Below, one piece after another: positions 35,427 to 48,124 of a stretch of 64,000 nt of DNA. Position numbers and translations under genes: made by a program. Source of the DNA: Leucoraja erinacea (lineage: Eukaryota); the NCBI RefSeq assembly GCF_028641065.1, contig NC_073380.1, positions 32,798,001 through 32,862,000 of the forward strand, given 5' to 3'. The notes under the pieces are model-generated. The model worked only from the letters and a program-made list of their open reading frames with translations. It was not told the DNA's origin and ran no database searches. How positions within the stretch are numbered: the stretch's first letter is position 1; the number at the start of each line of letters is the position of its first letter.

Positions 35427-36019
35427 TACTTTATTTACATTAAAGGGCAAGTTATCGACTTTAGATTGTAAAGAATCTTTTTGTGACTATGGTATCGAAG
35501 GAAGAGACTTTTGTTTATCTGCCTTCATCAGGTGACTTTGTTCCCAACCTGAAGCCTATCACCTTGGGAATGAGAGAGGATGCATTTGATATCACTGCCA
35601 CCTTTCCCCACGAGAGATCCTTTTCTGTTGTTTCCAGCGTAGGATTTTCCTGACTTGCATTAATTCTAAGAGTATCTGCAAGATGAAATAGTTTTTTATT
35701 TGGCCTAGACCAAAGTGCTGGAGAAACTCAGCGGGCGCAACAGCATCTTTGGAGCGAAAGAAATAGGCAAAGTTTTATTTGGCCTCTTCATGAGCCCAGG
35801 TACTCTGCGTGCAATCTGCTTTATATATCACAGTCTGTTTGTCCTGCACCGTGGAACCCACTCCCTGTACCATTGCTGCTCAAATTTCCACTCATTCGTG
35901 GCTTTATAATAGGTTTCCAATAATCTCCAAGAATTTTGCACCCGGATTAATCAAGAATCTATCTCTGCCTTAAATATATCTCTTGACTTGGTCTCTACTG
36001 TTGTAAATGGACCATTGGA

Positions 36020-36890
36020 TAACTGCTATGAGGATGCAGGATAATTTGAACAGGTTGAGTGAGTGGGCAGATACATGGCAAATGCAGTTTAATGTGGATA
36101 AATGTGAGGTTATCCAATATAGTGGCAAAAACAGAAAGGCAGATTATTATCTGAATGGTGTCAAGTTGGGAAAAGGGGAAGAACAACAAGATCTGGGGGT
36201 CCTTGTTCATCAGTCACTGAAAGTGAGCATGCAGGTACAGCAGGCAGTGAAGAAAGCTAATGGTATGTTGGCCTTCATAAAGAGAGGAGTTGAGTATAGG
36301 AGCAAAGAGGTCCTTCTGCAGTTGTACAGGGCCCTACTGAGACCACACCTAGAGTACTGAGTGCAGTTTTGTTCACCTAGACTTGAGGAAGGACATGCTT
36401 GCTATTGAGGGTGTGCAGCGTGGTTGTGTGTGGATGGCTGAACTGTGTGTGTTGATAGAATGGGGTTGTGCTGGTGTGTTGTATGTGTGTGGTGTTTGTG
36501 TGTGTGTTGTGTGTGTGTATGTGTGATTGTTGTGGTGTGTGGACATGCTAGAGGCAGGGGGTGGGGAAAATTTTCCCGATGTCCCCTGCATCCTGAACCG
36601 TGACCTTTCCCTTTAAGAATAAGGGGTTAGCCATTTAGAACAGAAATGAGGATAAACTTTTTCACCCAGAGAGTTGTGAGTGTGTGGAATTCTCTGCCTC
36701 AGAAGTCAATGGAAGCCAATTCTCTGGATGCTTTCAAAAGAGAGATATAGCTCTTAAAGACAGCAGTTGGGGGATATTGTGAGAAGGCAGGAACGGGGTA
36801 CTGATTGTGGATAATCAGCCATGATCATATTGAATGGCGGTGCTGGCTCAAAGGGCCGAAGGGCCTACTCCTGCACTTATTGTCTATGGT
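36020..36890 (+). mobile_element. CR1 LINE 3' fragment with a mosaic centre
   Basis: ORF WADTWQMQFNVDKCEVI...KKANGMLAFI...LYRALLRPHLEY plus tail. Confidence 0.85.
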
Positions 36891-37294
36891 CTACTGCTGC
36901 CATTGTGTATTATTCACAAATCAATTTGTGTGCGGTTTTATTAATTTGTTCCAAACTTTGACCTATTCCTAGCTGTATGAGCAAGCATTCCAGAAATAAA
37001 AGATCCATTCTGCAGTTTATTATTTAAATTCTGCTATAATTTATTTCAAGTGCAGTGGATAAACTATTTTGAAATAGGTGGAAAATGTTGTACATATATC
37101 TCTTGGAAAATAAGTCGGATCTTTTGGTATCAGACTTTACTCTGAATTCTTGCATATATGTATTATGCACGAGTGATTAAGGATGAAGTTGTGGAGAGAA
37201 GAGAAACGGTTTTTTGTGCCTTACATCCCAAAGAATGCATGTGATGGCTTGTCTGTGTAAATTTGAACGAAAAATGTCCATTTTTAATCTTTTA

Positions 37295-37991
37295 TAGATG
37301 ACTGCAGACCCATTGGATCCCAGTCTCACGGGAGGTTCAAGTGACCCAATTGTATTGTATACCCATTCCCCAATGCAATTGTGCAGGGCACTACTGAGAC
37401 CCCCTAGCAGTATTGCGGAGCGTTTTGGTCTCAAATTTGGTGAAGGACATTCTTGCTATCAGTGTGTGTGTGGAGGTTGGGGGGATGTGGGGGAACTGTC
37501 ATATGTTGATAGAATGGGGTAGCTGGGCTTGTATACTCTGGACTTTATCATATTGAAACATATAAGATTATTAAGGGATTGGACATGCTAGAGGCAGGAA
37601 ATATGTTCCCGATGTTGGGGAATCCTGAACCGGGGCCACAGTTTAAGAATAAGGGGTTAGCCATTTAGAACAGAAATTAGGATAAACTTTGAGGGGGGTG
37701 CTTGGGGGAGGAAGAGTGTGTGGGGGAGGGGTGTGTGTGGAGGGGAAGGGGTATGTGGGAGGGAGTTGTGTGGGCTCACCGGTTCCCGGCCCCGTATCTC
37801 CAACCGCACTCACTGGCTCCAGAACCCGGCTCCGGAGTCGCTCAGTGACTCCCGTCCCCAGTGCCTGTCGCACTAACAGCCCCCACATGCAAACACAGCC
37901 TGCCCCCGCCCGCAATATACGGCGCTGTTCTCTCGGAAATCGCAGCACAGTGGGCCAAAAGTGATCAAGATCAGACTTTTAGTAATATAGA
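37295..37991 (-). mobile_element. Non-autonomous Helitron, degenerate and interleaved with CR1 sequence
   Basis: Degenerate GACCCATTGGATCC hairpin at the left, minus-strand 5' end A|TCTATATTACTAAAAG at the right; shares its body with 61250-61400. Confidence 0.6.
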
Positions 37992-38212
37992 TGAATATAT
38001 ATGTGTTTATATATATAAGAAACTAGTGAAATATATATGTGTGTTATATAATTATATACATCTATATCACATTTATATACGTGTGTATATATAATATAAA
38101 TATATACGTGTTTATAATATATAAATATAGGCCAATATATTTGGCTTTATGGCTCATGCTCCTTCTTATATCTTATTGGCAAAAAAAAAGGCAAATATAT
38201 TTGCTTCTATGG

Positions 38213-39547
38213 CTTAGTGGACCCTGGGGGACCCGTTGGGTCCTGTCTCCTCAACGCCCGGATGTGGGGGGGGGGGGGGGGGGGGGGGGGGGGCGGCCTT
38301 CGGCGTCACACACACATACTAACCACCCCCCACACACACACTAACACCCCCCCTCCTTGATATTATATTAATATTATTCATTCACTCCTTTTCCTCCATC
38401 CCCCGCCCTATCCACTCACGCATAACCCCCAACTGTGCAGGCGCAGCTTGAGCGGGGTGGGGGTGGAGAGGGAGGGGGATGGGGGGTAGAGAGGGAGAGG
38501 AAGTGGGTAGAGATTGTGGGTTTGGGGGCACGGCGTCACAGGGGAGGGCTGGTTCCCGAACGCAATACTCCACCACTCACCCATAGGTCCCAATATCCAC
38601 CACTCCCGAGGGGGGGGGGGGGGCAGAGAGGGAGGGAGTGGCAGAGAGGAAGGGGGGCAGAGAGGGAGGGCCCCCTAGACCCCCCTCTCCTCACCCCCTC
38701 TCCTCATCCCCCCCCCTCCCCCCCCTCCCCCCCTCCCCCCCCTCTCTCCCCCCTCCCTCCCTCCCCCTCCGTCTCCCTCTCCCCTCCCCCTTCCCTCTCT
38801 CTCCCTCTGCTCCCCCTCTCTCCTTCCCCTCTCCTTCTCTGCCCCTCCCTCTCTGCCCCCTCTCCTCTCTCCCCCCCCCCCTCTCCACTCCCTCTCCCCC
38901 ACCCCTCTCTCACCCCCTCCCTCCCCCCCCCTTATCTCCCCCCCCCCTCTCTCCCCCCCCCTCGATCAAAAGCAGCAGAGGGCCGGCCAATCATGGCTTC
39001 CGTGAGGGGAAGCCGACGCACCAGCGTGACAGACGGCCAGGCGGGGGAGACGGAGAGGAGGTCGTATCCTGTGATGGCCGCCACGGCCACTTTTCCACTG
39101 CACTTCTCCGAGGGCGCACTGCGATAATGACCGCCGCCGCCATGTTGTAGAACTTCAAGGAGCTCAGCGGAGCGCACAGCACGACTTGAGCACGTGTTTT
39201 GTGGCTTCACTCCAGCAGGAGGGCGGCTGGGCCACTAACTTGCAGCTTGTGGAAGACAGTGCCCAGCAGACTGCGTAGCTGTGCACGAGGAGCAGAGGAA
39301 TTGTGACATCATTCAGCTCGCTTCAGCGCGTTAGATTTTTAAAAAGTTCTCAGATTGGTGAACAATTTTAGTAAAAAATCTTGGGAAATAATGAACCAAA
39401 TTTTCAGACATTTCAGAGATTTTCGACATCATGAGGTAAATCTCTACCGGAATATGTAAACATTTAACCATTAGCGCGTCAGGTTTTCGAGAAGGTGTGA
39501 TTCACAAACGAACAAACAAAAGATCAGATCAGAGTTTTATAAGTATA
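38213..39547 (-). mobile_element. Non-autonomous Helitron with polypyrimidine and GC-rich cargo
   Basis: GGACCCGTTGGGTCC hairpin near 38229 and conserved CATCACACACACTAACCACCCCC-type flank; right end ACAAACAAAAGATCAGATCAGAGTTTTATAAGTATA. Confidence 0.65.
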
Positions 39548-40017
39548 CTAGACCAAGTGCAGACCCGTTGGGTCTGTTCCCCCAATGTGCGGTTGCGGGA
39601 GGGGGGGCTGGGGGAGGCGGCATGCGGCGTCACACACACACTAACTACCCCCCACACACACGCTAACTACCCCCCTTGGAACTATCAATTTAAAAAAACT
39701 GTCTTTGAAATGAAAAGTTAATGTTAAGAAATGTTAGTGACCCGCGGGATTTTCGGAGAGTGCAAGCCAGCGAGGACGGCGAAAAGCAGCAGGGGAGCAG
39801 GCCATCTTTGGCTTCAGCCAGCATGACAGAGCTGGGCCGGGGTGGCGGGAGTGGAGGAAGTGAAATCGCTAGTGAAATGGGAAAAACTTCAACGTTTTTG
39901 GAGGAGAGCCGGGCGGCAGCAGCTGTTATGGTCGCTGGCCAGCAGGCAAAACAATCACACACACACACACACACAAAATCACACACACACGCACACACAG
40001 TTTTAAAAGTATATAGA
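39548..40017 (-). mobile_element. Complete short non-autonomous Helitron (470 bp)
   Basis: Minus strand A|TCTATATAC...CAGACCCAACGGGTCTG-CACTTGGT-CTAG|T, inserted between A and T with no TSD. Confidence 0.8.
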
Positions 40018-41384
40018 TATGATATGACAGATATATGGGAAACTACAAAGAAAAGATGAGGAAAACCTGTTCTAGAATTGCAAATGATTGTCATGAATTT
40101 GCTTTGCTGTGGAATATCTTCTTCCCTGCAGGTATTTTTCTGTGTGAATGTCAGTAATGTAAAGCATTGATTTCTTTCATCGAAATACATAAACATAGCC
40201 ACTAATATTTGATTACAAGATGACAAATTAAGGAAACAATCAATCTTACTAATCATTAACTTAGCCTGAAATGTGGCCCTAATTTCAGTGTGCATTTCTA
40301 AAGCCAATATTAATCCCACCTGCAGGAAAATTGTGTCTGTCTATATTTTCAAATACTGCAAACAGCATTTTGTAATTTATTTTATTTCAGTAAGTACATA
40401 ATTGTTAATTATGACGTTTTTGGGTTGTGTATTAATTGTAACATCAAAAACATGTGAGGAGACAATCTTTTATTCTGCAATAAAAACAGACTTGACAGGT
40501 GACAGCAGTATGTACACTAAATTCCTCGCCCATCGATGTCTTTCTATTCTCGTTCCTTCATTAAATTTAAATTACCCCTGTTAGTGAGAACTTGACAACA
40601 GACTTGAAGTCAGTAAACCCTTCTGAGTATCATTAGATTAAAATTTCTACTGCATGTTACTGGGTAAGTAAAACAGTGGATTGTGCAAATAGGCTTAGTT
40701 CATTTCTAATGAAATCCACAATAGTATAGCATTTCCTAGGCCAGGATTAAAGCATATTCCAATAGTTTGACTCCGTGCTGCTTAAACTAAATTTCTGAAA
40801 CTAATCGGAACCGGCACTATGTAGCAAATTATTTATTTTTAAATTCACATCAGGAATTTGTAAAAGTTATACATTTTTAACATCTGTTAGCTGGCGAATT
40901 AATCTTAACATGAAGTCATTCACATTGAGGACTTGTTTTATCTGTACTTAGAGCCTACCAATTTGAAATATTAATTTCTAGTTTGTCATTGGTGATATAG
41001 CTGAGTTGAAAATACATTTCAGCAGCTGTGATGGGGTCTTACCTCCCACGCCCAGTGTGGCACTCTGGCTGTTCCGTGGTCGGCTGCAAGAGATGTCCCA
41101 GGCACAGAGATTGAGTGGTGGCCGTGTAAGGCAAGGGACGGTCTTCGCGGGTCGATATGTCGGGAGCGAGGTGTCAGTGGAGTGGGCCGTTAGAGGCCCT
41201 GCAGCAGCCTGGAACTCGAATGGATCAGGTGCTGCTCCAAGAGGCTGAGCACACAGATCAGATCCAGCCTGCAATGGCACGGAGAGACGGAACAGCAATG
41301 GAGGACATCAACATATCCTGACCAGGTCAGGACAACGGGCCTTCATTCCCAAGTTAAGACTACATTTATAACAACTTTGACTTT

Positions 41385-41702
41385 AGACTTTAGAGATACA
41401 GTGTGGATACAGGCCGTTAGTCCGCCTAGTCCGCTCCACCCAGTGATCAACCATACACTATCACTGTCCTACACACAAGGGACAATTTATAGAAGCCAAT
41501 TAACCGACAAACCTCTAGGTCTTTAGAGTGTGGGAGAAAACCGGAGCAACCGGTTACTAGCCAGGGGCCACAGTTTAATAATAAGGGGTAAGCAATTTAG
41601 AATGGAGATGAGGAAACACTTTATCACACAGAGAGTTGTGAGTCTGTGGAATTCTCTGCCTCAGAGGGTGGCGGAGGCCGGTTCTCTGGATACTTTCAAG
41701 CA
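41385..41702. mobile_element. V-SINE (-) fragment joined to a CR1 (+) fragment
   Basis: GTGGGAGAAAACCGGAGCA V-core followed by GGGGCCACAGTTTA...CTGTGGAATTCTCTGCC. Confidence 0.7.
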
Positions 41703-42399
41703 AAGATCATAGAGCGGAGCAAGATACTCCTCTCCTGCGTAATCCAATGCACTAAGCTGTAGTTCGTAACGGAGCATAAACGCTGCCATCTTGGAATGCT
41801 CAACCCGACTTCCGTTATGCCTCCCGCAGTGACATCAGTAATGTAGTGGAACAGTGTGTGTGATATTGCTCATCTATCAATTCACATATTTTAGTTAATT
41901 TTATTTTCAAATGTTTTCCCCACTGCTTAATCTATCTGTTTCTGCCCATTTCCCTCCCATCCTTCTGCCCCAGCATATGAATGAATGTGTGTTTGTGTGT
42001 GTGCCTGTGTGTGCCTGTGTGTGAGAGGCAAGATAGAGATAAATAGATCTCAAAGTTCCTTCTCATGCATCAGAAGCAACTTTGATTTAAAGCAACACTC
42101 TATTTCTCTATTTATCTTGTTTGTCAGATGATGTGCATAAACCATAAAGACATTTATATTTATAAATATATACATATAAATATATGCATATATATAAATA
42201 TATTAATTCACAATGGGGGCAAATTTCAAATTCCTTAAAAAAAGTTGACAAGCGCTTTAATGGGTTCATGACTAACATAGTATCAACAGCAAATAAGAAA
42301 AGATAGCATATTGATGGCAAGTTTCTGAAAATTTCATCAGAATACACAAATACATTTTGTGTAATGGTTGTCACGTGGTGTCCACCAGTGACCTGGTTG

Positions 42400-43815
42400 C
42401 AAGCATGTGCCGTGAGTAATTACTCAGGATAGATAGTCAGTCGGCTTTTTAAAAAATAACTTAAACTGCGTATGCGCAGATTGTTCTCTCCGTAAAAATA
42501 AAAAATAAAGACAGTAACAATTCAATTTGCCCAAGGCTTCCAAGACTCCTTGATTCTGAATTACTGAATGGACGGGGGGTGAAGGGTGATGGCAGGTGGA
42601 GAGATGGTGGGAAAAACGGGAGCACACAGTTGTCATCTTATTGAATGACAACACTTGTCCTAGTGACCAATTGGGGGGAGAGTTCTGTTCACAGCATGTG
42701 GAGAGTCTGACCAGGGGTAAAGTTGCGGGGAGGGCAGGAGTGTTGAGAAGCAGGGGGTCAGGGATAATGCCAGTAACTTACTCACTCCAGGCAAGGAGCC
42801 ACCGCATAGTGGCCGGGGAGGGAAGCAGCTTGGGTGGCTGCGAGCGGCCGCCGGGACCCGACAGCAGAACTAGCCGCCACTTCAGCGCCTTCTGCCGGCC
42901 CGCTCACCTTTGGCAGTGCTCTCCGTTTGAAAACCTGTCACCTGCCGCTCGTCGGCTTCGCTCATGTCAGCCGCTTCCCGCAAATCCTTAAATTCCCACA
43001 GCCGAGTAACCTCAATCGCGCTGCCTGAATTTAAAGAATTGCGGGAAGCTGCTGACATGAGTGAGTCCAGCGAGCAGCAGGAGAGAGGTTTTCAGACGGA
43101 GATATGCCAGAGGTGAGCGGGGGACGGCAGAAGGAGCTGAGGTGGCAGTCGGTTCCGCTGTCCAGCCCGACGGCTGCTCGCAGCCACCCAAGCTGCTTCC
43201 CTCCCGACCACAATGCAGTGGCTCCATGCAAGGAGCTTCACAAGTGGGCTACTGGCATTCTGATCCCGTCCTTCACAACGCTCCTGCCCTCCCCGCAACT
43301 TTACCCCGGGTCAGACTCCCCAAACGCTGTGAAAGGAACTCTCCCTTTCTGGGCCCCACCCCGGGAAATACGGTGTTTTAAAACATACAGCACCAAGAAA
43401 TGTACTTACCACATTATCGGTACACAAACTCCATTCTTCTCTCTTTGTTTCTTAAAATACGCTTAAGTTAATGGCAATCCATATTTGGAAAAACCCGCCA
43501 AGAAACTAGTGCTGCACATGCGCAGTAGGCTGCTGCGCCTGCACAGTACAGCAAAGGCACAATTTCAGCTGCCTTCAGCCCCGCTTGCCATTGATGGCTT
43601 CTAGCAGCGCTGACGGCACGTGGGCTGCACAGACCTTCGCGTGTTGCAAGTGCTGCGGATGAAAGGCACGGAGAATTATGCCTACTTAAGAGATCGATCT
43701 CTTAGATAGGCATAATTCTCCCATGCCTTTACTATTTATATTTAGTAATTACCATATTATAATTTTAATCAGGGTAGGCAGTACCTACCTTGCCTATCCT
43801 GACGGCACGTGCCTG
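42400..43815. mobile_element. Non-autonomous hAT transposon (1416 bp)
   Basis: Imperfect TIRs CAAGCATGTGCCGT and ACGGCACGTGCCTG; perfect 8-bp TSD CCTGGTTG at 42392-42399 and 43816-43823. Confidence 0.85.
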
Positions 43816-44280
43816 CCTGGTTGGCACAGTATGTGCACATATTTCTTATTCCTTTCCATGTTTATGAATACCACATGGAACATTACAATTGCAAACACCA
43901 TTTTCACTTCATTCATCTGAATACTGCATCCATCTGAGTGGACACCGCAACGCGCGTTGCACATCATACACACAAATGTATGTTGCGGTGCACACTAAAA
44001 AAAATGTCTGTTTTGGTGGCCCAGAAAATGAACGTTACGTTATTAGCGAAACCCAAGCATTTTCACTGATGTGATCTAAACGGTACATTACCTTATGGAT
44101 CTGAGCGCCATAGATTTGATTTGGGCTGTAAGTTTGGTAAGTGAAATGTCTCCGTAACAGTCGTTGTGGAGCTTCCCGAAGTTAACACGAAGGAATGAAG
44201 TTAGCGACTTGGTCCGTACAAAAGTTAAACAAGATTCAGTGTGTTGCCAAATTGAAGATTGGCTCAGTTTCTTGGTTTTG

Positions 44281-45020
44281 ATACAATACAATACAATACA
44301 ATACAATACAATACAATTTATTTGTCATTTGAACCCCTTGAGGTTCAAACGAAATGTTGTTTCTACAGTCATACACACAAAAAAGAACCAAGACACACAA
44401 TTTACACAAACATCCATCACAGCGCATCTCCTCTTCGCTGTGATGGAAGGCAAAGACTTATCTCTCCCCTGCACTTCCCATTCCCCTCCCGATGTCAGAG
44501 TCAAAGTCAAAGTTAAAGCCCCCAGTGGGCAATGGTAATTGTCCCGCGGCCATTTACGCCGCGCCGGGTGATGCAAGGCCACACTCCGGGTCTTGTTGGT
44601 GGAGCCCCCGGTGGGCGCTAGCAAAGTCCCGCAGCCATTCCAAGCCGCGCGGGGCGGTGATGTAAGGCCCCGCTCCAGGTACTCTTCAACCCCGCAACTC
44701 GGGCGGGTGAAGTCGCCGTTGCGGAAGCCCCGAAAAGCGGTCTCCCAGCAGGGACCCGCGGGCTCCCGGTGTTCCTGTCTGCCAGACCTGCGGTAAGCCT
44801 CCGAATCCCCGGGGTCGGGTCACAGCCGAGCGCCACCATCGCTCCTCCCGCTCCGGACTCGGCCAGCTCCACGATGGTGAGTAGGTCTGCAGCTCCGTGA
44901 CTGGAGCGCCAGGTCGTTCCTGCTGGAGGCCGCTCCACGGTGCTAGGCCCCAACGACAACAGAAACCCGACAGAGAAAAGGTCGGGTTCTCCGTGCAGGG
45001 GATAGATTTTTAAAAGTTTC
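44281..45020 (-). mobile_element. GC-rich non-coding retroelement with a Rex1-type 3' tail
   Basis: (CAATA)n tail, minus-strand CATTTCG-TTTGAACC..GGTTCAAA-TGACAAATAAA, subterminal hairpin, GC-rich body. Confidence 0.7.
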
Positions 45021-45066
45021 ATAAATGACCAATTTATGTCAAAAATATATATATATGTGATATAGA

Positions 45067-45211
45067 NNNNNNNNNNNNNNNNNNNNNNNNNNNNNNNNNN
45101 NNNNNNNNNNNNNNNNNNNNNNNNNNNNNNNNNNNNNNNNNNNNNNNNNNNNNNNNNNNNNNNNNNNNNNNNNNNNNNNNNNNNNNNNNNNNNNNNNNNN
45201 NNNNNNNNNNN
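45067..45211. other. Assembly gap
   Basis: Run of N. Confidence 1.
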
Positions 45212-45880
45212 GAATAAAATATCCATGAATACATGTCAAGTTATTTTTCCATTCTTCCATTCGATATTAGTGTAATACAATGTAGTGAATACATACTTAC
45301 ATATTTAAATTCAGCTGATAAGTTGGTCAAATAACATGGGGACCTTCTTGCTTTTTTTGAGACATGGATTTTTAAAATGTGAATGTCTCATAACGACACA
45401 TTTGTTAGTCAGCAGTATATTAAACCAACCCCCTCAATTTGAAATAATTCTAAATTGAACTTCATTAACAAGGAAAACACATTATTTCCGTCATTCATGG
45501 TGATATTTACATAATTTACATCATTTTGTGTGCGAGGTATACAGGGTTGCAGTGTTTCGTATATCAGCTAACCAATGAAAGTGATGTAAAATTGCAGTGT
45601 AGAAGATCTTGTCAACGAGTATTCTGGACTCACTGTCGACATCTGAAATTACAGAAAATATATATGATTAACTAATAAGAAAACAATGATTATAACTGCA
45701 GAATGGATGATATACCACTTCAGTGCAATTGTTTTCAGTTGTGGGGAGACCTGTATATTGAAGATGCATTTTGCCTCTAATATGTCAATTTACCTTAAAT
45801 GTAGAAGAGCTTATTACAATGTTCTTACATAGACCCTTTAAGTATTTTCTTTCTATCCTCTTTTGGACATAAGACATTAG

Positions 45881-46004
45881 CAGGGCTGTCAACTCTCACG
45901 CAGAGAGAGAGAGAGACAGATAGGGCAGAGAGAGGGCAGAGACAGAGAGAGAGGGCAGAGCCAGAGAGAGGGCAGAGACAGAGAGAAAGGTCAGAGAGAG
46001 AGAG

Positions 46005-46040
<36 letters not shown>

Positions 46041-46396
46041 CACAGAGAAAGTGACACGGCAGAGAGAAAGAGAGCAGAGTGAGGGCAGGCAGAGAGAGAG
46101 AGGGCAGAGAGAGAGGGCATAGAGGGGAGAGAGAGACAGCAGAGAGGAACGATGGCACGTTATAATACACCGCCGACCCATTTTGACTGCCACGTCTCCC
46201 CCCCCCACCATTTCCCCCATCTTCACGGCAGCTCTGTGATGTCTTGGCTCTGACAATTCGAGAGACCTAACTGGTAACAGCACTAAGAGCAGTCCCGGGC
46301 TGCCGCACTCCCTGACTCGAATCGACTTGATGCTGAGCTTGAAAAATCTCGTGGTGGGCCTGATGTGGCCCGCCGGCCATATTTTGGAGAACCCTG
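45881..46396. mobile_element. hAT/Charlie-like termini around a GA-rich microsatellite
   Basis: CAGGGCTGTCAAC at the left; reverse CAGGGTTCTCCAAAATATGGCCGGCGGGCCACATC at the right; no matching TSD. Confidence 0.45.
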
Positions 46397-46804
46397 CCTT
46401 ACAAGAACACAATCAAAAATGTACAAACGTGTAAAAATTGATGATTTTATTATTGTGGTAAGTCTAGATCTATGAAAAAAAATTCTAATAACTTTCTAAT
46501 GTACTGACAAACCTAGTTTCCCAATGACCGTTGATGGGAGAACAGAAAATAACATTTTCAGGACAGAATAATATCGACAAAAAGCAATAATATTTTCTCA
46601 CCTTGCTTTGTTATTGGGGAACCAGAAGAAAGACAGGTTGGGTCATCTACATTGTCGATTACAGCAACTTATAGCAGAACAGTGAGATGTAGATGTAGAT
46701 GTAGATGTGGCTGCCTCGACTACTGTCAAAATGGTATGACAAATCACACATGACATGCAACGCTTTTTCCGCCCAGTGGAGTATCTTGATCCACTATTTG
46801 ATCT

Positions 46805-47385
46805 TTGCTTTCAAGAGAGAGCTAGATGGGGCTCTTGAAGATAGTGGAGTCAGGGGATATGGTGAGAAGGCAGGAATGGGGTACTAATTGTGGATGATCA
46901 GCCATGATCACAGTGAATGGAGATGCTGGCTTGAAGGGTCGAATGGCTTACTGCACAATAGTCTATAATCTATTGTCACCCAGAGAAAATTCGCTGGAAT
47001 TTAGAAGGATGAGATGGGATCTTATAGAAACATATAAAATTCTTGGATTGGATAGGATAGATGCAGGTAAAATGTTCACAATGTTGGGGGAGTCCAGAAC
47101 CAGGGGTCACAGATTAAGAATATAGATAGGCCATTTAGGAATGAGATGAGGAAAAACATTTTCACCCAGAGAGTTATGAATCTGTGGAATTCTCTGCCAC
47201 AGAAGGCAGTAGAGGCCAATTCACTGGATGTTTTCAAGAGAGAGTTAGTTTTAGCTCTTAGGGCTAAGGGAATCAAGGGATGTGGGGAAAAAGCCAGAGC
47301 GGGGTATTGATTTTGGATGATGATCTGTGATCATATTGAATGGCGGTGCTGGCTTGAATAGCCTTCTCCTGCACCTATTTTCTAA
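46805..47385 (+). mobile_element. Two adjacent CR1 3' fragments
   Basis: AFKRELDGALED..GVRGYGEKAG and LEFRRMRWDLIETYKI...RTRGH with tails. Confidence 0.85.
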
Positions 47386-47387
47386 AA

Positions 47388-47522
47388 GCCATGTGGTCTC
47401 AGGGAGAACGTACAAACTCAGTACCGAGAGCTGTACTGGGTACTGGGTCCTGAGCCAACTTGGGTCGAACTTGGGTCCCTGGCACTGTATCAACTCTACC
47501 ACTGTGCCACTGTGCTGCCCTT
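47388..47522 (-). mobile_element. V-SINE 5' fragment
   Basis: Reverse GGGCAGCACAGTGGCACAGTGGTAGAGTT...AGTTCGACCC, a tRNA-derived head. Confidence 0.65.
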
Positions 47523-48124
47523 GAATTATATAAAATGGTTCTGGAAACGTGGAGACTCTTGTGTACTGTCTCAGTACAATCTACTATTCCTACACTCTTG
47601 TACTTAAGAATGATGGTGCTTATGTGGAGTAAGATTTTTTTAATGAACTGTATGCAAAATTGGAATTTCACCATACCTAGGTACATGTGACAATAATGTG
47701 ACATTGAATCATTGACTGTGTCTTTTTGGTTGCACAACACACTTCACTTTTTTTGTATTACGGTTTTACTTTATGATAAGAATTTAATTGTTCCATTTTC
47801 AGTACATTTGACAATTAAACACTCTTGACTCTTGGAATCTGGCAGGCCAATTATTTCAATGGAGCCTTAATGGGTCAAGGAAGAAAGATAAATAATTATT
47901 TGCCATTACAGGTTTCATTTGTTTACCAGTGACCTGTCTTATGGAAATCTAATGCGCAAATTTATCTGTAAAATCACTAAGCATTTTTCAAGCTAGTAAT
48001 AGTAATATAATGTTTCATGGATGTTATTAATGGTACGGTGTATATTTCATTAGTTTAATTATGGGTATTGAGGATATCTATTCGATGAAATGAAAGACAT
48101 GGCTAGTGTACATAGAGTGATACT

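Noticed and set aside
38435-39150. 230-aa and 170-aa Pro-rich ORFs
   Set aside because: Low-complexity C/T tract with no domain signal
41000-41340. GC-richer stretch with 80-106 aa ORFs
   Set aside because: No recognisable motif or splice signals; probably a decayed repeat
45881-46396. Single intact hAT element
   Set aside because: The ends match only at CAGGG and the 8-bp flanks differ (GACATTAG vs CCTTACAA)
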